A DNA stretch of 64,000 bases from Octopus vulgaris (GCA_951406725.2 OX597839.1:38936001-39000000); one strand, 5' to 3'. Positions 1 to 11,961 are shown, numbered from the stretch's first letter. Notes: generated by a model not told the origin, from the sequence alone. Numbers and translations are program-made.

Positions 1-150
1 TCATTTAATCAGTTAATTAATCTACAGTCTGATTAATTGTTCGGTCAAGCAATCAATTAATCAGTCATTTAAGTTCGTCAGTGTTGTTTCGTCGCCATTC
101 GTGATCTCATCAATGACATGCGCTCTCGCAACCTTAGATCAGTTTCAAAT
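1..150. repeat. Unclassified dispersed repeat, homologous to ~21360-21500
   Basis: Shared blocks TGATTAATTGTTCGGTCAA and TCAATGACATG in the same order at both loci. Confidence 0.6.
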
Positions 151-189
151 CTGTTTGTCCTTGAGTTTACTGCACGTTCGTACACAACA

Positions 190-256
190 CCAAATTTCAC
201 AACGTACACACGATCGCACACATACATAAATATACATGCGCACATCTATGTAAACA

Positions 257-294
<38 letters not shown>

Positions 295-649
295 CTCTCT
301 CTCACACACACACACACAGGAACACAGGTACATGTATAAACTCTCACTCACATACATGCACAATCATGCGCAAAAACACACAATGCTTGCAAATCAAACA
401 AATACGCGAAGACACAAATATACATACACAGAGACACACACACACAGACACACGGTGGCAGACAATGAAATATATATACACACACACAACTTACACAAAA
501 CGCATACACAAACACATACACATGCACAACCACGCACATATACACATACACACAAATTACGCACATACACACAGTTACAAAAACTACACACACAAATACA
601 TAAATATATACAAATAAAAATATACACATATACACAAAAAATTACATGC

Positions 650-731
<82 letters not shown>

Positions 732-1159
732 AGTATATACATACACGAATTACACGCATATCTACAGGCAGAAACATATACATGCAGATGCATACATACA
801 CACGGACAAAACACAGACATCCACACATATACACACACAGCTATTAAACAAAAATTACACACACGCCGACACAAAAATAAATATATACAAAAATATACAC
901 ACATGCGCAAAAAAATATACGCGACATAAATTCACAAATACACATGTTTATACACACACCAATAACACACACATATATATATACAGGGAGAGACGCATAT
1001 ATACAGATACTTACAAACAGGCAAACGCATACACACACACACACACACACACACAGATATACACATATATTCAATCACTCATACAAAACGATCTGATCGA
1101 TTCATCTAAATTAACAATGGCGTATGGTATACAAAGAAAAATAAACGCTGGCATACAAC

Positions 1160-1191
<32 letters not shown>

Positions 1192-1375
1192 ATACAGACA
1201 CACGTAAACACATATAACGGCATATACAAACACATACATATATAGAGACATGAACACACACAGCTGCACTCACACAAATACATTCAAAGAAAGAAATATA
1301 CACACACATACGCGAACGCAACGACACAAACACACTGAACACACAGACACAAACACACTGAACACACAGACACAT
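190..1375. repeat. Degenerate (CA)n/(TA)n compound microsatellite field
   Basis: Directly visible; explains the overlapping His/Thr and Val/Cys ORFs. Confidence 0.95.
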
Positions 1376-1659
1376 TTTAGTGATTTATCAATGGAAGATA
1401 TTGCTTCTAACAAGTAACGACTTATGTCTTAAAAGGATTTCTAATTTATGAGTTTATGTCTGGTTATTTACACGCACCCACCCACCTACCCAACACACAC
1501 ATGCGCGCGCCGCAAACACACACAGAGAAACATATATATGTATATATATATGTATATATATATGCACGCGTACACATTAATATATAGAAAAATATATATA
1601 CACGTACATAGTTCCATGCATCGACATCTAGTAATACATACAGACATACGTGCATGCAT

Positions 1660-2075
1660 GGAGTGGTTGTGTGCCAAGTAGCTTGCTTACCAACCACATG
1701 GTTCCGGGTTCAGTCCCAATGCGTGGCACCTTGGGCAAGTGTCTTCTACTATAGCCTCGGGTTGACCAAAGCCTTGTGAGAGGAAACTGAAAGAAGCCCG
1801 TCGTAGGTATAAATATATATAATTATATATATATATATATATATATTACATGTGTGTGTGTGTATATGTTTGTGTGTCTGTTTGTTCCCCCAACATCGTC
1901 TGACAACCGATGTTGGTGTGTTTACGTCTCCGTTACTTATCGGTTCGGCAAGAGAGACCGATAGAATAAACACTAGGCTTACAAAGAATAAGTCCTTGGG
2001 TCGACTTGCTCGACTAAAGGCGGTGGTCCAGCATGGCCGCAGTCAAATTAATGAAACAAATAAAAGAAAAGAATA
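1660..2075 (+). mobile_element. tRNA-derived SINE, family A
   Basis: Head GGAGTGG.TGTGTG...GGTTCAGTCCC (Pol III A/B-box-like), internal (TA)/(TG) tract, tail ...GAAACAAATAAAAGA; many copies in the window. Confidence 0.9.
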
Positions 2076-2366
2076 AAATAATATATGTATAAATACAGAG
2101 AGAGAGAGAGAGTGAGAGAGAGAGAGAGATACAGATATATAGAAATAGGTATAGATATATATTCACAAATGTATATACATCCATATACATATGCATATGC
2201 ACTTATCAGCGCACACACATACACACACACACACGTACAAACATATATACTCGTATACATAAATATAAACAAATGGATGTATGATCATAGTTGTTTCCAT
2301 ACAGTGACACGCACATCCACATATAACATTATATTCAAATACGTATATACTAATATACACACGTTC

Positions 2367-2418
<52 letters not shown>

Positions 2419-2419
<1 letters not shown>

Positions 2420-3530
2420 TGTGGTTATGTGGAAAGAATCTTACTTCCCAACCATATGGCTCCAGGTTCAGTCCATCTGTGCGGCACCATGGGTAAGTGT
2501 CCTCTACTTTAACCTCGGACCACACCGTTTGGCAACAGATGCTGGTCTGTTTATGTCCCCGTAACTTAGAAGCTCGGAAAAGAGATTGATAGAATGAGTA
2601 CCAGGTTTTAAAAAATCAGTACTGGGTATTGGGGTCGATGTGTTCGACTAAAAATTCTTGGATCTTTACCCTCTGAACGGCAGATCGAGAAATTAATTTT
2701 TTGTAACTAAACACTTTCAAACTTCGGACACAGGTAGAATGCGTCACATAAAACATCTTTTACTCTTAGCGTTTTTGAGAACAGTTTATGTTTACAAAGT
2801 TATTTCGTGTTAAAGTTCTCGTGTTTCAGTAATTTCAACCAATCAATGACGTGTATTCAGCTGAATAAAATTACTGCTGTTGTTTGTCAACAACAACTTC
2901 CGGCGGTGTATATTTCGTTTGTCACTGTTATTTATGACATATTTCATCTCATTTACGTTCGTATGAATAAAAGAGTGTATCTGAAGCATGTTTACTTCAT
3001 GGCACCACCATAATCGCTTGTGCTTCGTTTTTCCTTTTTTTTTTCTGTAACTCTAACCCTAAGACCCTAACCTTAACTCTAAAACCCTAACCCTAAAACT
3101 CTAGCCCTAACCCTAAAACCCTAACTCTAAAACCCTAACGCTAACACTAAAACCTTAAAGCTAAAACCAGTACAAACGCACGAACGATGTTATAAATAAC
3201 AGTGATAAACGAAATATACACCGCTGATAGTTGTTGTTGATAAATAACGGCAGTAATTATATTCAGTAATTATATACACGTCATTGATTGGTTGAAATTA
3301 CCAAAATACGACATCTTTAACACGAAATAACTACGTAAACATAAACTGTTCTCAAAAACGCTTAGAGTAAAATATATTTTATATGAAACATTCTACCAGT
3401 ATACGAAGTTTGAAAGTGTTTAGTTACAAAAAATTATTTTCTAAATCTGCCAGTCAAAAGGTAAAGATCCAAATTCTTAAAGGTGGTGCCCCAGGATGGC
3501 TGCTGTCTAATAACTGAAATAAGTGAAAGA
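2419..3530 (+). mobile_element. Diverged SINE family A copy split by a MITE insertion
   Basis: SINE sequence stops at ...CGACTAAAAATTCTT (2659) and resumes AAAGGTGGTGCCCCAGGATGGC at ~3479. Confidence 0.8.
2660..3470. mobile_element. Non-autonomous DNA transposon (foldback/MITE) with ~280-bp TIRs, 8-bp TSD and internal telomere-like repeats
   Basis: Ends GGATCTTTACC...GGTAAAGATCC; long imperfect inverted arms; TSD AAATTCTT at 2652-2659 and 3471-3478; degenerate TAACCC units ~3047-3168. Confidence 0.9.
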
Positions 3531-3879
3531 AATACACACACGTACACACACACATACGCACACACAGACACAGACACACACACATACAACAATATAGAAT
3601 ATGGAAACTTGTTCTATTTCCTCTTATATAATTTCATACTGCATATTTTTATGGTTGTCGTCTACAGGTATTTCCACTGCACAAAGTCTGGGCAGTTGCA
3701 CATGAAACCGGGCATGATTTTCTATGCAGCCTCTTCGGGGTCTGTCCATTTGGCTAGTTTCAAAGCAAACAGGATACAGGTAATTGCTTGTTAGTTAAGG
3801 TTCAGGGGGTGGTAGGGAGATGCTGTTTTGAAACTGAAATCTGAACTTAGAGCCTCTACGGTATCCACCCGGATTATAA

Positions 3880-4109
3880 GGCGGCGAGCTGGCAGAAACG
3901 TTAGCACGCCGGGCGAAATGCTTAGCGGTATTTCGTCTGCGTTACGTTGTGAGTTCAAATTCCGCCGAGGTCGACTTTGCCTTTCATCCTTTCGGGGTCG
4001 ATAAATTAAGTACCAGTTACGCACTGGAGTCGATGTAATCGACTTAATACCTATGTCTGTCCTTGTTTGTCCGCTCTGTGTTTAGCCCCTTGTGGGTAAT
4101 AAAGAAATA
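3880..4109 (+). mobile_element. SINE family B, monomer with 15-bp TSD
   Basis: Head GGCGGCGAGCTGGCAGAAACG, B-box-like GAGTTCAAATTCC, core GACTTTGCCTTTCATCCTTTCGGGGTCGATAAA; TSD GGTATCCACCCGGAT at 3860-3874 and 4110-4124. Confidence 0.92.
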
Positions 4110-4149
4110 GGTATCCACCCGGATAATTATATCCATCTAAAACTCACAA

Positions 4150-4187
4150 CTGCCCGACGAACGGGAACGTGAAACTCTGAGTAGCAG
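4150..4187 (+). ncRNA. Type I hammerhead ribozyme-like motif (U4C core variant)
   Basis: ctgc-CCGACGA-acg ggaa cgt-GAAA-ctc t gag-TA-gcag; all three stems pair. Confidence 0.6.
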
Positions 4188-4204
4188 ATTTTGTGATATT
4201 TTTG

Positions 4205-4345
4205 CGTAACTGGTACTTATTTCATCGAAGCCGAAAGGATGAAAGACAAAGTCGAACTCAGCGGAGCTTGAACACAGAACGTAGAGACGGACGAAATGCC
4301 GCTTGGCATTTTGCCTGGCGTGCTAACGATTCTGCCAGCTCATCA
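4205..4345 (-). mobile_element. SINE family B fragment
   Basis: Reverse complement of B head and core. Confidence 0.8.
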
Positions 4346-4387
4346 CAACAACAACGACAACAATAATAATAATAGTAATAATAATGA

Positions 4388-4937
4388 TTGATGCAGTACC
4401 AGGCAGTGGCTCTCATGGCTTCTGATCTTAACTGATTGGAAGTGTTACCATGAACATTGTTTTGTCTTGGTATAAAAGATGGGCTACAGCAAATATTCTG
4501 CTCAATACCACAGATTTGCTTGTCAGTTGTTTGACCTTAACCAGTTGAGCATGTCCCTTAGTGGCTGACGATATGTGCATCTCTGATCACGAGCAGAAGT
4601 AGTGGGGGAGCATCATAGCCATGTGTTGAGAGGGATTCTTTGGGGTTTGAATAATTCACCTCTGAAACATGGGTGGTTCTTTCAACATCCTTAAACAACC
4701 CTTATTCAGGGACCTTTTGAGCGGGATGGGCTACTCAACCTGAAGAAAATTCTAACTGGGCCCCACCTGCAAGGTCATGTGCTGTTTATCTTGATATGAG
4801 ATCACCATGTCGCGCACATATGGTTGTGATGCATGTGCCTGGTGTACCCTTATCAGACGGGTAGTCATGATGGGTATATTGGGCTTCGTATATTTTACCC
4901 CAGTGTCACTTTGATGGCATGAACTGCTCTCTCACTC

Positions 4938-4938
<1 letters not shown>
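4388..4938 (+). mobile_element. ~550-bp non-coding interspersed element embedded in (TAA)n
   Basis: (TAA)n on both sides; near-identical right portion with the same end CTCTCTCACTC(AAT)n at 35531-35771. Confidence 0.75.
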
Positions 4939-4984
<46 letters not shown>

Positions 4985-4985
<1 letters not shown>

Positions 4986-5200
4986 CCTTTCTACAATAGG
5001 CACAAGGCCTGAAATTTATGGTATGGGGGTGGGGTAAGTCGATGATATCGACCTCAGTACATGACTGATAGCTACTTTATCGACCCCGAATGGATGAAAG
5101 GCAGCTTCGACCTCGGCGGAATTTGAACGCAGAACGTAAAGATGGACGAAACGCCTCTAAGAATTTCGCCCGGCGTACTAACGATGCTGCCAGCTCACCG
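4985..5200 (-). mobile_element. SINE family B with alternative tail (GGCCTTGTGCCTA..GTAGAAAGGA(TTA)n)
   Basis: B head and core on the minus strand; tail differs from the 3880 copy. Confidence 0.8.
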
Positions 5201-5204
5201 CATC

Positions 5205-5211
5205 AGTGATG

Positions 5212-5260
<49 letters not shown>

Positions 5261-5408
5261 GAAGAAGAAGAAGAGGAGGAGGTGGAGAGAGAGAGAGAGA
5301 GAGAAAGAGAAGGTGGAGGTTTGGTTGGTAGTAGCGATGGTGGATTTTAGAGAAGAAGAAGAAGAAGAAGAAGAAGAAGAAGAAGAAGAAGAAGAAGAGG
5401 AGGAGGTG

Positions 5409-5443
<35 letters not shown>

Positions 5444-5770
5444 GGTGGAGGTTTGGTTGGTAGTAGCGATGGTGGATTTTAGAGAAGAAGAAGAAGAAGA
5501 AGAAGAAGAAGAAGAAGAAGAAGAAGATGGTAGATGGCAGGCAAGGAAGAAGTAGAAGAAATAGGAGAAGAAAAAGAAGGGAAGGAAAGAAGAAGAAGAA
5601 GAAGAAGAAGAAGAAGAAGAAGAAAGAAGAAGAAGAAGAAGAAGAAGAAGAAGAAGACGACGTCGACGACGAAAAGAGAAAGGAGATGAAGACAGGAATG
5701 GTGGTGAAGAACCGCGGGAATAAGTAGAAGAAAATAAAGGAAAAAGAAGAAGAGAAGGAATTCTGAGAAT
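5205..5770. repeat. (TAA)n/(GAA)n/(GA)n low-complexity tract with ~125-bp tandem duplication
   Basis: GAGAAGGTGGAGGTTTGGTTGGTAGTAGCGATGGTGGATTTTAG occurs twice. Confidence 0.9.
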
Positions 5771-6329
5771 TAATGTAAAAGAGATATTGAAGACAGAAAG
5801 CAATGAAAAGTATTCTAACAACAACGACAACAACACCTAGAACAACACGAACAGAGTGTGTCGATTTCGACAAGAATTGGAATATAAAACGCACTGGAGT
5901 GAATAAAAGCATTTTGAATGTGTTTTGGTACGGAAGGAATTCAGTAGAGTTTTACAACGCCAACATTTGTCTCCTGCCAAAAACCTTTGACAAGTTCTAA
6001 CTAATCAGACCTCGTCGCTTAAGCTGTGTTGGCTTCTGTCCAGCAAGAAAGAAAGCAAAAATACACATATACGAGAGAAAAATAGATAGACAACAAGATA
6101 GTAGAGAGAGAGAGAGAGAATCTGGCCTTTGCTACGATGCCGAAATCGGACTTTAGGAGATGAACTTTTGCTCTAACAAAGAGCCGCCATCATCCGCCTC
6201 GCTATCTGTTTTGTCGGTATGATTTGTATAAGCAGAAGAGAAGAGGTTTTCTTCTTTTTTTTTCTTTTTCAGTTGCATAAATAAAGCAAAACCGAATATA
6301 TTTATATGTATTTATACATAGACTACGCT

Positions 6330-6399
<70 letters not shown>

Positions 6400-6519
6400 A
6401 CACACACACACACATGTGCGTGTGGGCCCGTGTGTATGCATATAAATCAACACGGCAACAATAATGTATGTATGTATGTATGCATGTATGTATGTATGTA
6501 TGTATGCATGTATATATAT

Positions 6520-6657
6520 ATATATGAACTTTTTACAGGCGTGTGTGTGTATATGTATATATATATATGTGTGTGTGTGTATGTATATATATATATGTGT
6601 GTGTGTATATGTATATATATGTGTATATGAACTTTTACAGGCGTGTGTGTGTATATG

Positions 6658-6688
<31 letters not shown>

Positions 6689-6865
6689 ATGTATATATAT
6701 ATATGTGCGTGTGTGTGTGTGTATGTGTATATATATGTGTATATGAACTTTTACAGGCGTGTGTGTGTATATGTATATATATGTGTGTGTGTATGTATAT
6801 GTGTGTGTGTGTATGTATATATATGTGTATATGAACTTTTACAGGCGTGTGTGTGTATATGTGTA
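6520..6865. repeat. Compound minisatellite, four units of ~100 bp
   Basis: Anchor ATGAACTTTTACAGGCGTGTG repeated four times with (GT)/(AT) spacers. Confidence 0.9.
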
Positions 6866-7622
6866 TAATTATATATACATTGGAATACTCATTAATACAC
6901 ACGTATAAGCATGTTTTTCTAGTCTTTGTGTGTATATGTGTGTCTGTGGGTATATATACACCAAAACACACTTCTTCAAGCACCACCATCACTAAATGCT
7001 AAATCAAATTTAAATGCTTCTGCACATGTTACACAGAACCCTAAAATCTGCCGCTATTTCCAACGGGGGAGATTATGCCTGATGCGTGATTGCTCCTTCA
7101 TTCATCTTCCAGGGACTATTAAAAGCTTGTCTCCTAACCTTGTCTCCACCACCACCACCACCACCACCAAGTCTGATCTTTCTTTCTTGGTTCGGACGTC
7201 GTCCGTGCAACATCTATATTCCTCCCTGTACCTGTGAAATCTTGTATCCCTACCTAAGGTTTTATTTCCACACACGGTAGCTTAATTGAATTCGTCCTCA
7301 GTCGAAAGACACCTGTTGTTATCTCCTGTTTTTTGCATTTGTATTTGTGTAACATTCTCCATTTTTTTCCGTCCTTGTTTTCATATACATTCGCTGCCTT
7401 CATCCAATGAATCTAAAGCTCTTAGCTTAGTTTTTCCTTGGGGCTGGCCAGATTGAAGCAATCTCGAGTATAACCCGCCGAAATTGCAAAGATAATCAGG
7501 AACTTGACTGACGAAAGAAAACTCCGAATGACCCGTCCTTGTTTTCTTTGTATCGTCTGTTTTGTTGTCCCTTTTTTCTATCACCTAACTGTCTGGATGT
7601 TTTGCATTCTTGTCCCATTTTG

Positions 7623-7672
<50 letters not shown>

Positions 7673-7691
7673 CTGTGTACGTACACTTTGG

Positions 7692-7727
<36 letters not shown>

Positions 7728-8234
7728 AATATATATATACATATATACCATTATCTCACTGATTTCAGTTATTCGCCTAGAGCCATACTAGTATACGACC
7801 ATTCGCGTTTTTATAGCTGTTCACATGGACTTCTGCACTTGTCTCAGTCACGTATACTTATATCATATCAGCACCTATTTATCGAATGAGAAACTTATGA
7901 TACGGAACACTAGTGTAAACGGTTAAGCCTAAACCGAAGGAAAGCTTGGGCTTTTCCCAACTCCTTCAACAACATTCTGCTTATAAGACGATGGTAAATC
8001 AAGAATAGAATATCAGTAGAAGATAGTCGTTGTCTTCCACGAAATGGAATGTGTGGATGCGCTGCAAGTTGGACTCGTTAAACATACAGCCTTAATGGCG
8101 GCTATAAAATTTGTCCAACGTTAACAATAATAATTTAAGATATTAGCAATTATAAGGCGGCGAGCTAGCAGAAACGTTAGCATGCCGGGCGAAATGCTTA
8201 GCGGTATTTCGTCTGCTATTTTCTGTATGTTATA

Positions 8235-8747
8235 CTAGCAGTATCGCCCGGCGTTGCTCGGATTTGTAAGGGAAATAACTATATAAGCATTTTTAGAGAG
8301 TTATTTCCCTTATAGATGCCAATTCGGGCTTTCTTAGCCATTTCTGTTTTGGTGTCTTCAAGCCATGAAGTCGTTGTTCTAAAAGAACGCTGGTCTCCTT
8401 GACAACGCTTTACGACGTTGATTTCCTTACACTCCCTTCCCCACAGCTTCACGAGGGAGGGAAGAAGGGGGAGAAGCAAACAGGTGCAGGTGTGACCATG
8501 GACGCCAACTCCGCCGCCATCGACACACGAAAAATTATGCATTAAAATGGAATAAAAAATGATGTTAAATTATTTTTAAAATCGTAGACTCAGCGTAGAC
8601 GCGCGCTAATACTCAGACGGGCTCGATATGAATCACGACTATAAGATACCCGAATTTGGTTAAACTGCACCGCAAAATGTGGGAGTAGTTAGGAATCTAA
8701 ATCGAAGGGGACAGACACTCACACAACTACAGTTTTATATATATAGA
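8235..8747 (-). mobile_element. Non-autonomous Helitron
   Basis: On the minus strand starts TC(TATATATA), ends with GC-rich CCGAGCAACGCCGGG and CTAG, sits between A and T; shorter copy at 36875-37171. Confidence 0.8.
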
Positions 8748-8754
8748 TATATAG

Positions 8755-8925
8755 TTAATCCAAACATGAAAGCACAAAAAAACACAACAACGCGAGGACG
8801 TGGAATAAATATAGTATTATTGGACGTTTCGAGCGGAGCTCTTCGTTGGAAACATAGGAGAAGGTAAGATCCAGAGAAGGGAAGACAGAGGGGAAAAAAT
8901 CGCCAACGGTACACACGAGGTCACA
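8755..8925 (-). mobile_element. Penelope-like terminal-repeat fragment (family P1) with degenerate hammerhead
   Basis: Homologous to 43597-43790 and 28995-29280; minus strand CCAACGA-a-gagc tcc gctc-GAAA-cg. Confidence 0.65.
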
Positions 8926-9297
8926 TATATATAACTCTTGCCCACTGTACCTCGCAGTGGGACTGAACTCACGAAACCACATGGTTGCAAAGCGACCTTC
9001 TTAACCACACAGCCTACGCATATACTAAGTGTCATTTGGTATCAAGCTTTACAGATGGCTATCTGTAGAGATTCATACCAAATCCTCCTTGGAGATTACG
9101 TGTTTATTTAATGATATGCATCTGTGTCCGTCTTTGGGGCTTATTGTTGTTGCTGATACTCTCAATTTTACTTACGTTGTTGTTGTTTTTGTTGTTGTTG
9201 CTATTCTTGTTTCAGCCGTTTTTGTTCTTCGCATTGTTTGTGTTATTGTTGTTGTTGTTCGTGTTGTTATTAGAGATGCATGGCTCTACAACTAGAA

Positions 9298-9338
<41 letters not shown>

Positions 9339-9388
9339 CAAATAGATAGATAGATAGATGGATAGACAGATAGATAGATAGATAGATA

Positions 9389-10162
9389 TGTTTCTTTATT
9401 AGCCACACAGGGCTGCACACAGATAGAACAAATTACAAGGTAGAGCTTTTCTTTTGAAGGTTTAAGAAAGAAAAAAAAAAAAAAAAAAAAAAGGAAGGGG
9501 GAGTTTCGATCAAAAGGGATCGTAAAAGGAGAGAAAGAGGACAAAAAAAAGGGGGGAGGAAAAAAATTGATCAATAGGGATCGTTATCACAGAAATGTCA
9601 ATATGAAGTGTAAAGGGGAGGACAGGTGAGGTTTACCCGTGCAAAGAAAAGCCTACGGAAAAGACCACGGTAACCTCGGTCAATGATGTCACATTTTATA
9701 TTTCTTTTTTTTTTTTTTTTTGCAAATAAGCAACTCTCTGTTTTCGATTTCTGGGTTCATAGGACTATGCTCAAGGTGGCTTCGTCATTCATACGTGCCA
9801 TTCTTGCTACATTCACCCATCTTTTTTTAAAACATTCGCTAGACAAAACTTGCCTCTCTACTCTCACTTTCCTTTTCAAGTGGTACTTGAAGAAGTTGAT
9901 GAGAGATTGACCAGAGAGGAAAGTGTTTGTCTCCAATCCTTTCAGACGCGTCCACCAGATACATTCTTTCGCCATAGCCACAAGGATGATGAAAATAGCT
10001 CTTCCTTCCCGTTTGAAGGAAGGAGGCGTGACAATATTGACGATAGACTCAGCTGATAAACCGACTCGTCCCACACGTGACAGCAGTTGTTCGACATAAG
10101 CCCACAGGTCGGAAATTGTTGGACACTGAACGAGTGCGTGCAGAACGGTTTCGTCGCTCTGA
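9389..10162 (-). mobile_element. 5'-truncated Tx1/L1-clade LINE (ORF2 C-terminus plus 3' UTR) inserted in (GATA)n
   Basis: Minus-strand frame [27 protein letters not shown]...AKECIWWTR...KRW resembles the zf-RVT C-terminal region; AATAAA near the 3' end; (TAGA)n on both flanks. Confidence 0.8.
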
Positions 10163-10171
10163 CAGATAGAC

Positions 10172-10204
<33 letters not shown>

Positions 10205-10231
10205 CATGAATAGATAGATGGATCGATAGAC

Positions 10232-10317
<86 letters not shown>

Positions 10318-10456
10318 ACATATAGCAAGCTCTATAAGTAGATAAATACATAGTAAGCCCTATAAATAAATAGTAAGTTCAACTGATACATAAGTAAGCT
10401 GGATGTAGATAGTTAGATAAATAGATAGCTATGGAGAGAGACGGAAACATTAACAA

Positions 10457-10526
<70 letters not shown>

Positions 10527-10924
10527 TAGTTAAGTTAGGTAGGTAAGTAGGTAGATAGATAACTCAGATAATTCGGTAGTCGTTCGGACGAAGATAACTA
10601 AGGAAACAAAAAGACAAGCTGTCCCATTAAAGAGGTTAAGTTCACTGGAATAATATATTTAATGCAAGAGAGACAGCGAGAGAAGACGTACTATAGAGTT
10701 GTATATATGTATATATGTATATATATATATATGTATAAGTAAGGTAATGCCGAGATATTTTCAACGTATGTTTAGCTATGGTGTAATAACGATATCACGT
10801 GACAGTAAATCTATAATGTAACGTTAAGCCGTCGTCGATTGCCCGGATGTGTAATGCCTGCGTTGAAGTGGATTAGAACATGTGTGTCCGTATGTATTTG
10901 TTGTTGTTGTGTGTGTGTGTTGTA

Positions 10925-11150
<226 letters not shown>

Positions 11151-11199
11151 GTGTCTATATATCTATATAGGTAAATATAATGGTATATACATATATGCG

Positions 11200-11242
<43 letters not shown>

Positions 11243-11426
11243 TTATGTGATGTTCCTTGTATCGTGTCTTCACAGTCACGTGTTCTACATCTTTGTGTCT
11301 TCCATGTAGATTACGTCTTCACTTAATGACTTACGTATCTGTGTCTACGTCTTTAGGATTAGTTGCTGTTGTTGTTGTTGTTGTTGTTACTGATACTGTT
11401 GTTCTTGATATTGTTATAGTTACTTA

Positions 11427-11457
<31 letters not shown>

Positions 11458-11876
11458 GTCAGTATTGTTGCTGTAGTTGTTACATCCGTTACTGTGTTAT
11501 TGTTCTTCTTACTGTTATTATTAAAGCTGCATTTGCCTCCATTTTTGTTGTTCTTGTTCTTGTTGTTGTTGCTCTTTTTCTTCTAGCCTTCTGTATTGAT
11601 TTAGACAGGTTACGGTGTGTAGCATATTTCTGTCTTATTCGGAGATGTTGTCGTTCGTTTTGTTTTCTTGGTTGTCATTCTCTTTGTTGTTGTTAGTCTT
11701 CTTGGTGGTGGTGGTGATGGTGTATGTGTTTGGTGGGTTGGGATTCTCCTCTATCCGCCATTGATTCGACGTACTTTGTACAAATGATTTTGTCGTCTTC
11801 CTGTTATTATTGGCGTTGTTTCCAACTGCTCCAACTACTACCACTACAACTGCCTCACATAATAATAATAATAATG

Positions 11877-11961
<85 letters not shown>

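Noticed and set aside
3047-3168. Telomere or chromosome fusion site
   Set aside because: Degenerate, single orientation and enclosed by transposon TIRs.
5142-5912. Acidic/basic low-complexity ORFs
   Set aside because: (TAA)/(GAA)/(GA) repeats; the plus-strand ORF starts inside a SINE.
6520-6865. CRISPR-like constant repeats with variable spacers
   Set aside because: Spacers are (GT)/(AT) microsatellites; eukaryotic context and no cas genes.
7505-7540. CTGACGA...GAAT hammerhead-like motif
   Set aside because: GAAA and stems too degraded to support a call from this copy.
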